Below are positions 24,424 through 32,000 of a stretch of DNA of 32,000 nt, in pieces; position 1 is the first letter of the stretch, and each line of letters starts with the position of its first letter. Both the position numbers and the translations under genes were made by a program. Under the pieces are notes generated by a model. The model did not search any database and was not told the DNA's origin. It saw nothing but the letters and a program-made list of their open reading frames with translations. This DNA is from Breznakia sp. PF5-3 (GTDB taxonomy: Bacteria; Bacillota_I; Bacilli_A; Erysipelotrichales; Erysipelotrichaceae), in NCBI RefSeq assembly GCF_029504745.1, contig NZ_JAQFIQ010000015.1, positions 15,540 to 47,539 on the forward strand, in the 5' to 3' direction.

Positions 24424-25341
24424 ATGGCAAAATATATTACAAAACGTGTCTTGATAGGAATACTGACATTGTTTGTACTAACAACAGCGACTTTCTTTTT
24501 AGCAAAAGCCACGCCAGGGTCGCCGTTTAGTGCGGAACGATATCGTAATGAAGAGGCACGTGAAAAGGCTATGGCCAAGTATAACTTGGATAAGCCGGTT
24601 ATGGAGCAGTATTTCCTGTATCTACAAGGTATTACTGAAGGAGATCTTGGAGAAAGTTATATTCAACAAGGACGTACTGTTAATTATTATATAGAGGAGG
24701 GGTTTCCAGTAACGGCTAGACTAGGGTCGATAGCTTTCATTATTGCGTTAATTGCTGGTATCGGAATTGGTACTGGTGCAGCGTTATCCAAGAAGCGATG
24801 GATCAATAATGTGTGTATGTTTATTGCAACGATTGGGGTTAGTATACCATCTTTTCTGATTGCATTATTATTACAGTTATTCATAGGAGTCCAGTTAGGA
24901 TTGTTACCGTTCATAGGTTTATATGGACCTGAATATTACATTATGCCTGCATTCTCTTTAGCACTTTATCCAATTGCGATGATTGCGCGTTTGACGCGTA
25001 GTAGTTTGTTAGAGGTAATGCGACAAGATTATATTGTATTAGCAAGATCAAAAGGAACACCATATCGTATGGTGGTTTTACGACATGCATTAAAAAATGC
25101 AATGTTACCAGTTATTACGTATGCAGGACCAATGTTTGCATTTTTGTTAACTGGTAGTTTTGTTGTTGAGACAATCTATTCAATTCCTGGAATTGGGGCA
25201 ACCTTTGTTCAATGTGTAGTAAATCGTGACTATCCATTGATTATGGGGATGACCATTTTCTTAGGATTTATCATTATCACATTCAATATATTGACAGATT
25301 TAATATCTGCAGCGGTTGATCCAAGGATCAAGTTGAAGTAA
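24424..25341 (+). CDS. oppB: Oligopeptide ABC transporter permease
   Basis: 305 aa. N-terminal YITKRVLIGILTLF and BPD-transporter EAA-type loop (ARSKGTPYRMVVLRHALKNA). Confidence 0.9.
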   Translation: MAKYITKRVLIGILTLFVLTTATFFLAKATPGSPFSAERYRNEEAREKAMAKYNLDKPVMEQYFLYLQGITEGDLGESYIQQGRTVNYYIEEGFPVTARLGSIAFIIALIAGIGIGTGAALSKKRWINNVCMFIATIGVSIPSFLIALLLQLFIGVQLGLLPFIGLYGPEYYIMPAFSLALYPIAMIARLTRSSLLEVMRQDYIVLARSKGTPYRMVVLRHALKNAMLPVITYAGPMFAFLLTGSFVVETIYSIPGIGATFVQCVVNRDYPLIMGMTIFLGFIIITFNILTDLISAAVDPRIKLK

Positions 25342-25357
25342 AAAGGAGGCGATTGAT

Positions 25358-26293
25358 ATGGAAGAAAATAAAACAAATGAAATACAATTAAATCCTGAGC
25401 TGTTTGAAAAGTTAGATGATTCTGAAAAAAATGCTGAGAAAATAGCATATGAGAGTAAAACTTACTTTGCAGATGCATGGTCAAGATTTAAACAAAATAA
25501 ATTAGCTTTAGTAGGATTAACATTTTTAGTAATTATGATATTAGCTTGTATATTTATTCCAATGATATCATCTTATTCATTTGATGAAGGTGATAAACTT
25601 GCGAAAAACTTGGCGCCAAGTATGGCACACTTTATGGGTACTGATAAATTTGGTCGTGACATCTTTATTCGTATTCTATATGGTGGACGAATTTCATTGA
25701 GTGTTGGATTCATTGCTGCATTCATTTCGTTAGCTGTTGGAGTAGTGTATGGTGGAATTGCAGGATATGTCGGTGGAAAAGTGGATATGCTTATGATGCG
25801 TTTTGTCGACATGATGTATTCCATTCCAGACTTATTATATGTTATTATGATATTAGTAGTGCTAGGATCAAATTTGACTTCACTTTTAATTGGTATCAGT
25901 GTGTCTTCTTGGATGGGAATGGCAAGACAGGTACGTGCACAAATTATGACATTAAAGGAACAAGAATTTTCACTTGCTGCGTATGTATTGGGGGCAAGTA
26001 GAACAAGAATTTTATTTAAACATTTATTAATCAATAGTATGGGACCAATCATTGTGTCAGTAACAATGCTTGTACCAAGTGCGATTTTTTATGAAGCGGT
26101 ATTAGGATATTTGGGTATTGGGTTAGCACCTCCTCAAGCAAGTTGGGGAACGTTAGCGAACGATGCGAGAAGAATGCTTTCAAGTGCACCACTTCAAACA
26201 TTCTGGCCAATTATTGCAATTTGTTTAACAATGTTGGCATTAAACTTTATTGGTGATGGATTAGGCGATGCCTTAGATCCTAAGAAGAAGTAG
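25358..26293 (+). CDS. oppC: Oligopeptide ABC transporter permease
   Basis: 311 aa. OppC-type N-terminal extension, motif HFMGTDKFGRDIF, EAA-type loop. Confidence 0.9.
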   Translation: MEENKTNEIQLNPELFEKLDDSEKNAEKIAYESKTYFADAWSRFKQNKLALVGLTFLVIMILACIFIPMISSYSFDEGDKLAKNLAPSMAHFMGTDKFGRDIFIRILYGGRISLSVGFIAAFISLAVGVVYGGIAGYVGGKVDMLMMRFVDMMYSIPDLLYVIMILVVLGSNLTSLLIGISVSSWMGMARQVRAQIMTLKEQEFSLAAYVLGASRTRILFKHLLINSMGPIIVSVTMLVPSAIFYEAVLGYLGIGLAPPQASWGTLANDARRMLSSAPLQTFWPIIAICLTMLALNFIGDGLGDALDPKKK

Positions 26294-26308
26294 GGGGTTG
26301 ATTTAGAA

Positions 26309-27316
26309 ATGAGTATGTTAGAAATAAAAAACCTCTCTACTGAATTTAGTACTGAAAATGGAACTGTACAAGCAGTTAGAGATGTTTCATTGCATGTTGA
26401 AAAAGGTGAGGTTTTAGGTGTTGTAGGTGAGTCAGGATCTGGAAAGAGTCAGACGATGTTCTCCGTAATGGGGTTATTGGCTGGTAATGGAAAGGTCGTA
26501 GAAGGTGAAATTCACATTGATGGTAAAGACATCTCACCACTTAGTTTTAAAAAAGCAAAAGAATATGATGCGGTTATGAGTGATATTCGGGGAAATGATA
26601 TGGCAATGATTTTCCAAGATCCAATGACGTTCTTGAATCCTGTATTACGGATTGAAAAACAATTGATTGAACCGATTTTGAACCATAATGATATTTCGAA
26701 AGCGGAAGCTAAAGAAAGAGCAATCGAATTGATGCGTAAGGTAGGAATTCCTTCACCAGAGAAGCGAATTCGCCAATATCCATTCCAGTTTTCTGGGGGA
26801 ATGCGTCAACGTATTATTATTGCCATTGCCTTGGCATGTAATCCAAAAGTAATTATTGCGGATGAACCAACAACGGCTTTGGATGTTACTATTCAAGCAC
26901 AGGTGTTGGATTTAATTGGAAATTTGAAAGATGAATTAGATTCGGGAATCATTATGATTACCCATGACTTAGGAGTTGTTGCAAGTATTTGTGATCGAAT
27001 CGCTATCATGTATGGTGGTAAGATTGTTGAAATTGGGACAGCAGATGAAATTTTCTATGAACCAAAGCATCCATATACAAAAGGATTACTGGATTGTATT
27101 TCAAATCCAGAAGATTTAGATAAGAAAGAATTGCGACCAATACCAGGTTCGCCTCCAGATTTATTGAATATTGGAAAGGGATGTCCATTTACAGATCGTT
27201 GTGAAAAAGCCATGAAGATTTGTAAGCTGGAAATGCCTGACACAAAAGTGTTTAGTGATACGCACAGTTGTGCTTGTTGGCTAACACATCCAATGGCAAA
27301 GAAGGAGGGGAATTAG
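26309..27316 (+). CDS. oppD: Oligopeptide ABC transporter ATP-binding protein
   Basis: Walker A GESGSGKS, signature FSGGMRQR, Walker B IIADEPTT. C-terminal Cys-rich oligopeptide-transporter domain (GCPFTDRCEKAMKIC). Confidence 0.9.
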   Translation: MSMLEIKNLSTEFSTENGTVQAVRDVSLHVEKGEVLGVVGESGSGKSQTMFSVMGLLAGNGKVVEGEIHIDGKDISPLSFKKAKEYDAVMSDIRGNDMAMIFQDPMTFLNPVLRIEKQLIEPILNHNDISKAEAKERAIELMRKVGIPSPEKRIRQYPFQFSGGMRQRIIIAIALACNPKVIIADEPTTALDVTIQAQVLDLIGNLKDELDSGIIMITHDLGVVASICDRIAIMYGGKIVEIGTADEIFYEPKHPYTKGLLDCISNPEDLDKKELRPIPGSPPDLLNIGKGCPFTDRCEKAMKICKLEMPDTKVFSDTHSCACWLTHPMAKKEGN

Positions 27317-28294
27317 ATGAGTGATCCAATTCTTACAATAGAAAACTTAAAAGTACACTTCCAAATTGCTGGTGGATTGTTTACTAAAAAACAGATTGTT
27401 AAAGCAGTTGATGGAATAAGCTTCTCAATAATGCCAAAGGAAACATTTGGTCTTGTTGGAGAAAGTGGTTGTGGAAAGAGTACAACCGGTAGAGCGATTG
27501 TTAAGATCAATCAACCTACAGATGGAAAAATATTTTTTGAAGGAAGAGACATTACGAAGATCAAAGGTGCAGAATTAAGACAATTCCGCAAGGATGTTCA
27601 AATGATTTTCCAAGATCCTTATGCGAGTTTAAATCCGCGTATGACAGTTGGTGAAATTATCCGTGAACCAATGGATATTCACAACATATTTAAAACAAAA
27701 CAAGAAAGAGAAAATAGAGTTCGTGAACTTCTTGAGATTGTTGGTCTAAAACCAGACCATATTCGTCGTTACCCACATGAGTTCTCAGGTGGGCAAAGAC
27801 AACGTATTGGGATCGCTAGAACATTAGCATTGAATCCGAAATTTGTTGTCTGTGATGAGCCGATTTCTGCTTTGGATGTTTCTATTCAGGCGCAAGTTAT
27901 AAACCTGTTGGAAGATATTCAAGAAGAAATGGGGATTTCTTATTTATTCATTGCTCATGATTTAAGTATGGTGAAACATATCTCAGATCGTATTGGAGTA
28001 ATGTACTTAGGAAATCTAGTTGAAGTTGGGGAAAGTGACGATGTTTATCGCCGTCCACTTCATCCATATACACAAGCATTATTGTCGTCAGTGCCAATTC
28101 CTGACCCAAAAACTGCTCGTGAAAAGAAAAGGATTGTATTGGAAGGGGAACTTCCTAGTCCAATCGATCCACCTAGTGGTTGTGTGTTTCGTACACGCTG
28201 TCCAAGTGCCACAGAAAAGTGTGCACAATCTAAGCCTCCTACAGTAAAAGTAGGAAATCGCTTAGTAGCATGTTTCTTGTATGATGAAAACTAA
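27317..28294 (+). CDS. oppF: Oligopeptide ABC transporter ATP-binding protein
   Basis: Walker A GESGCGKST, signature FSGGQRQR, Walker B VVCDEPIS. C-terminal GCVFRTRCP...KC motif. ATG abuts the oppD stop. Confidence 0.9.
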   Translation: MSDPILTIENLKVHFQIAGGLFTKKQIVKAVDGISFSIMPKETFGLVGESGCGKSTTGRAIVKINQPTDGKIFFEGRDITKIKGAELRQFRKDVQMIFQDPYASLNPRMTVGEIIREPMDIHNIFKTKQERENRVRELLEIVGLKPDHIRRYPHEFSGGQRQRIGIARTLALNPKFVVCDEPISALDVSIQAQVINLLEDIQEEMGISYLFIAHDLSMVKHISDRIGVMYLGNLVEVGESDDVYRRPLHPYTQALLSSVPIPDPKTAREKKRIVLEGELPSPIDPPSGCVFRTRCPSATEKCAQSKPPTVKVGNRLVACFLYDEN

Positions 28295-28311
28295 GGAGGA
28301 GAAAGATTCAA

Positions 28312-29952
28312 ATGAAAAAACTATTTAGTGTTTTAGGATGTTTCCTACTTGCTGCAACAGTTCTAACTGGTTGTGGTGGTGGCGGAGACGACAAAGAAAC
28401 AAAAGCCAAAACCGAATTAAATGTTGCAATTGGTGGGGATGCAGAATTTCTTGACCCAGCAGTAGTTGATGATTCAATCACTGCTAACATTCTTAACCAA
28501 ATGTATGATGGATTATATACATTAGATCAAGAAGGAAATGCAGTTCCTGATCTTGCAGAAGCTGAGCCAGAAATCAGCGAAGACGGATTAACTTATACAA
28601 TTAAATTAAAAGAAGGAATTAAATGGAGTGATGGTGAAGAATTAAAAGCGAGTGACTTCATCTATGCTTGGAAAAGAGCAGTTGCAATTGGTGCTGCTGA
28701 AGCATACTACTCTACATTTATTTCTGACAATGTAGCAAATGCTGAAGATGGAAAAGCAGTAGCTGATGAAGACTTTGGTGCAAAAGCAATTGATGATTAC
28801 ACAATTGAAATTACATTGAAAAAGAAAACACCATACTTCACAGCATTGATGACAAATACTGTATTCTACCCAGTGCGTGAAGACTTTATTAAAGATGGTA
28901 AATTTGATGAATTAGAAAGTAAATGGGCTGATGAAGCAAAATTCCCAACGAATGGTGCTTTCTATGCTTCAAAAATCAACTCTAAGAGTAAAGTTACATT
29001 AAGTAAAAACAAAGAATACTATGAAGCTGATGACGTTAAATTGAAAAAAATTAACTTTATCGTTATGGCAGATACAGATGCACAAACAAATGGATTCAAG
29101 AGTGGTGAAATTGATTTCGCAACACAAGTAAACAATGAAACTGTACAAGCTGATGCAGACTTAGGTGAAAAAGTTTACTTAATTGATCCATATGTAATTA
29201 ACTACTTCGTATTGTTCAATGCAGGAGAAGAAAACACTGTTCCTGAATTGAAAGATCCAGAAATTAGATTGGCAATTTCTCAAGCGATTGACCGTGAAGA
29301 AGTATTAGATGTATTTGGATATGGAGATTATTCTTATGAACTTAAAGGTTTAGTTCCAAAAGGAATCCCAGGTGTTGATGGTGACTTCCGTGAAGAAGCA
29401 GATAAAGAAGAAGAATATTCAGGATCTGACTTAGAAAATGCTAAGAAAATCATGGAAAAGAAAGGTTTCAATAAAGATAACAGATTGAAATTATCTTACA
29501 AATACAATGACTTACCACAACATAAAGATGTTGCTCAAGCGTTACAAGCATCATTAAAAGATGCTTATATCGATCTTGAATTAATCGGTAGTGAAAAAGA
29601 AGTATTCTTTACTGAAAGAGATAAAGGAGACTTTGAATTAGCTCGTCATGCTATGTCAGCTGACTTTATTGACCCAATGGCATACTTAGATATGTACAAT
29701 GGATTTACTAAAGCTGGAAACACAGTAGATGATGCAGAATACGAAAAATTATTAGCTGAAGCAAATGCAGAAGATGATGCAGACAAACGTTTAGAAAAAT
29801 TGCATGCAGCAGAAAAATACCTAGTTAAAGATATGAACTATGTAGTTCCTTTATTAGGATATTCTGATCCAATTTTAAAAGCTTCTAACTTAGAAGGTGT
29901 ATTCTCTTCTCCAGAGGGACATTACAACTTAACTAGAGCAGAATTTAAATAA
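28312..29952 (+). CDS. oppA: Oligopeptide-binding lipoprotein (SBP family 5)
   Basis: 546 aa. Signal peptide plus lipobox LTGC. Family-5 SBP blocks (WSDGEELKASDFIYAWKR). Last gene of oppBCDFA. Confidence 0.85.
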   Translation: MKKLFSVLGCFLLAATVLTGCGGGGDDKETKAKTELNVAIGGDAEFLDPAVVDDSITANILNQMYDGLYTLDQEGNAVPDLAEAEPEISEDGLTYTIKLKEGIKWSDGEELKASDFIYAWKRAVAIGAAEAYYSTFISDNVANAEDGKAVADEDFGAKAIDDYTIEITLKKKTPYFTALMTNTVFYPVREDFIKDGKFDELESKWADEAKFPTNGAFYASKINSKSKVTLSKNKEYYEADDVKLKKINFIVMADTDAQTNGFKSGEIDFATQVNNETVQADADLGEKVYLIDPYVINYFVLFNAGEENTVPELKDPEIRLAISQAIDREEVLDVFGYGDYSYELKGLVPKGIPGVDGDFREEADKEEEYSGSDLENAKKIMEKKGFNKDNRLKLSYKYNDLPQHKDVAQALQASLKDAYIDLELIGSEKEVFFTERDKGDFELARHAMSADFIDPMAYLDMYNGFTKAGNTVDDAEYEKLLAEANAEDDADKRLEKLHAAEKYLVKDMNYVVPLLGYSDPILKASNLEGVFSSPEGHYNLTRAEFK

Positions 29953-29960
29953 AATTAATC

Positions 29961-29993
29961 TATATATTCTTCCTTTTATAGGAAGAATATATA
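29961..29993 (+). terminator. Strong hairpin after oppA (no T-run)
   Basis: Perfect 14-bp stem TATATATTCTTCCT (29961-29974) / AGGAAGAATATATA (29980-29993), loop TTTAT, followed by an A-rich tail. Confidence 0.5.
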
Positions 29994-30001
29994 AAATAAA
30001 G

Positions 30002-30067
30002 CATTCACTTTATGAATTGGATATTTTTATACTAATAAAAATATGGAATAGTGAATGTTTTATTTTA
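30002..30067 (+). terminator. Nested hairpin with T-run between oppA and the M24 peptidase gene
   Basis: Outer CATTCACT (30002-30009) / AGTGAATG (30050-30057). Inner ATATTTTTAT (30021-30030) / ATAAAAATAT (30035-30044). Then TTTTATTTT. Confidence 0.5.
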
Positions 30068-30082
30068 TATAGGAGGTAGAAT

Positions 30083-31309
30083 ATGAAAATCAAATCTATT
30101 CAAGAACAGTATAAAATAAAAGACATTTGTTTACAGGAGCGTTTAGATGATATTGTTCCAAGTGTAATGTTGGAGTATGATGTGGATGCTTGGTTAGTTG
30201 CATCAAAGGAATATCATGAAGATCTTGTATTTGATGCTTTGACACCAGCTAGTTATCTTACGGCAAGAAGAATTACGATGGTTGTCTTTGTGAAACGTGA
30301 TGGAGTTGTCAGTAGACACTCTTTAAGCATGCCTGACAGTGAATTGAATAAGTTTTATCCCCAATATTGGGATATGAGTAAAGAAACACAGCTAGAGGCC
30401 TTAAAACGCTTTTTGGAGGAATATGATCCAAAATCAATTGCTATTAATATATCAAAAGACTTTACCTTTGCTGATGGTCTTAGTTATGGATTGTATACAC
30501 TTTTTAATGAAGCACTACCAAAAACATACACAGATCGTTTTGTAATTGAACCAATGATTCCAATCAAGGTAATGGAAATTAGAACTAAAAGTGAATTGTC
30601 ATTATATCCTGAAGTATTAGAAGTTGCTTTTTCTGTAATGGAAGAGATGTTTAGTACAAAGCAAGTAACACCAGGGAAAACAACATGTGCAGATTTAGAA
30701 TTTTTTATGATGCAAAAAGTAAGTGATCTAGGATTAACATATTGGTTTAGTCCAACTGTGGATATTCAAAGAGAAGGTCATGAAGGTGTTATCTATGATG
30801 GTGTAATTGAAGAAGGCGATTTATTACATTGTGATTTTGGGTTGAAGTATTTAAATCTATGTACGGATACACAACGCTTAGCCTATGTTGCAAAACAAGG
30901 AGAGAATGAAGTTCCTAAATGGATGTGTGATGGATTTGTAATCAATAATCGTTTTCAAGATATAGTATGTGAAACAATGCAAATTGGGAAATCAGGAAAT
31001 GAGGTATTGGCTGAGTCTTTGGCGAAAGCCAAAGCAGAAGGAATTGATGTAACACTATATTCTCATCCATGTAATATCTATGGACATGGACCAGGGCCAA
31101 CAATTGGTTTATGGAACAATCAAAATTCAATTCCATATAGTGGTGATATTAAAATGTCAGCAAATACAGTTTATGCATTAGAATTGAATATAAAAGAAAC
31201 GCATGATAATATCAGTTATACATTTTTCAGTGAAGAAACTATCGCTTTTTTGGAAAATAGTGTACAATTTTTATATAGAGGTAGAAAACAAATTTACCTT
31301 ATAAAATAG
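30083..31309 (+). CDS. M24 family metallopeptidase (Xaa-Pro aminopeptidase / dipeptidase-like)
   Basis: 408 aa. Pita-bread metal-ligand pattern HCDFG, CTDTQR, HPCNIYGHGPG, YALELN, FFSEET. RBS AGGAGG at 30071-30076. Confidence 0.8.
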   Translation: MKIKSIQEQYKIKDICLQERLDDIVPSVMLEYDVDAWLVASKEYHEDLVFDALTPASYLTARRITMVVFVKRDGVVSRHSLSMPDSELNKFYPQYWDMSKETQLEALKRFLEEYDPKSIAINISKDFTFADGLSYGLYTLFNEALPKTYTDRFVIEPMIPIKVMEIRTKSELSLYPEVLEVAFSVMEEMFSTKQVTPGKTTCADLEFFMMQKVSDLGLTYWFSPTVDIQREGHEGVIYDGVIEEGDLLHCDFGLKYLNLCTDTQRLAYVAKQGENEVPKWMCDGFVINNRFQDIVCETMQIGKSGNEVLAESLAKAKAEGIDVTLYSHPCNIYGHGPGPTIGLWNNQNSIPYSGDIKMSANTVYALELNIKETHDNISYTFFSEETIAFLENSVQFLYRGRKQIYLIK

Positions 31310-31322
31310 AGAGGTGATAATC

Positions 31323-31895
31323 ATGGGTAAAAAAGGAATTTTGGTTATCTTAACAGGAGCCAGTAGTGTAGGGAAGAGTAAGATTCGTGATCTACTGATG
31401 CAGGATAAAGATTTAAAATTATTCTATTCTATTTCGATGACCACAAGAAAACAAAGAGCAAATGAGGAAGATGGAAAAGATTATTACTTTGTCGATTTCA
31501 AAGCTTTTGCGGAGGCGCTTAAAAATCATGAATTATTAGAATTTACAGAATTCGATGGTTATTATTATGGTACGCCAAAAGAGCAGGTTGACTTTTTACT
31601 ATCTACAGGAAAGAATGTTCTTGTTGAAGTGGAAGCACAAGGAGTTGGACAAATAAAATTGCAATATCCTGATAGTATTGCATTCTTTGTAAAACCGAGA
31701 ACGATGGAAGAGTTAAAAGAACAAATTTTAGAGCGCTATAAAGATAACGATGCTAGTGCAGCGCGAAGAATTTCTAAAGCAAGTGTAGAAATGGATCTTG
31801 AACCACTTTTTAAACATGTTGTAGATAATAGTGACCCTGAAAAAGCAAAAACTGAAATTAAGAAAGTTATTCTTGAAAAAATGACAAATAAGTAA
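31323..31895 (+). CDS. gmk: Guanylate kinase
   Basis: Start moved to ATG 31323, 6 nt after GAGGTG. P-loop GASSVGKSK, plus SMTTRKQRANEEDGKDYYFV and YYYGTP. Confidence 0.85.
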   Translation: MGKKGILVILTGASSVGKSKIRDLLMQDKDLKLFYSISMTTRKQRANEEDGKDYYFVDFKAFAEALKNHELLEFTEFDGYYYGTPKEQVDFLLSTGKNVLVEVEAQGVGQIKLQYPDSIAFFVKPRTMEELKEQILERYKDNDASAARRISKASVEMDLEPLFKHVVDNSDPEKAKTEIKKVILEKMTNK

Positions 31896-31958
31896 GAACT
31901 ACATGTTTGATGTGAACCCATAAAGTTGGACACGTTATTATTTAAGCGCTTAAACTTG

Positions 31959-31996
31959 AGGATTGTTCTCTGTATGCTACAGGGGATAATCCTTTT
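31959..31996 (+). terminator. Rho-independent terminator after gmk
   Basis: AGGATTGTTCTCTGTA (31959-31974) pairs with TACAGGGGATAATCCT (31978-31993), 16 bp including several G-U, loop TGC, then TTT. Confidence 0.65.
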
Positions 31997-32000
31997 AGTT

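Noticed and set aside
1-32000. Looked for CRISPR repeats, IS or transposon ends, integrases, tRNA genes, long direct repeats and GC-content islands.
   Set aside because: None seen. Composition and codon style look uniform by eye. The only repeated coding similarity is between paralogous ABC ATPases (livG/livF, oppD/oppF).

Overview
Low-GC chromosomal core region, probably from a Bacillota (Firmicutes) anaerobe. It is tightly packed with 27 supported CDS, 25 of them on the + strand. I found no tRNA, rRNA, CRISPR array, transposase, integrase or phage gene.

Gene order:
- ftsX
- cytoplasmic type I pullulanase, translationally coupled to two small membrane proteins (DUF4234-like, DUF2752-like)
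- convergent GH13 maltosyltransferase-like enzyme (- strand)
- ung, folC, a structured leader, then folT (ECF S component)
- pta
- glgC, glgD, glgA
- a divergent-type IMP dehydrogenase
- superoxide reductase and a TfoX C-terminal-domain protein
- a Cys-less Tpx-like protein (- strand)
- pgk, tpiA
- livJ, an attenuator hairpin, livHMGF, then a CBS-CBS-ACT protein
- oppBCDFA
- M24 peptidase
- gmk

Most operon boundaries carry clear rho-independent terminators. Several ORF-track starts are over-extended: the GH13 gene, ung, folT, glgC, livG and gmk.

I see no convincing large novel system here, and no defence-like or mobile gene content. The best leads, all hypotheses, are:
1. A three-way-junction leader between folC and folT, a THF-riboswitch candidate that I could not map to the consensus from memory.
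2. A Tpx-fold protein with all three catalytic residues replaced.
3. An AcuB-like CBS-CBS-ACT protein fused into the liv operon.
4. A DUF4234/DUF2752 membrane pair coupled to the pullulanase.
5. An exact 12-mer, TTTTTACATTTT, shared by the liv and opp upstream regions.
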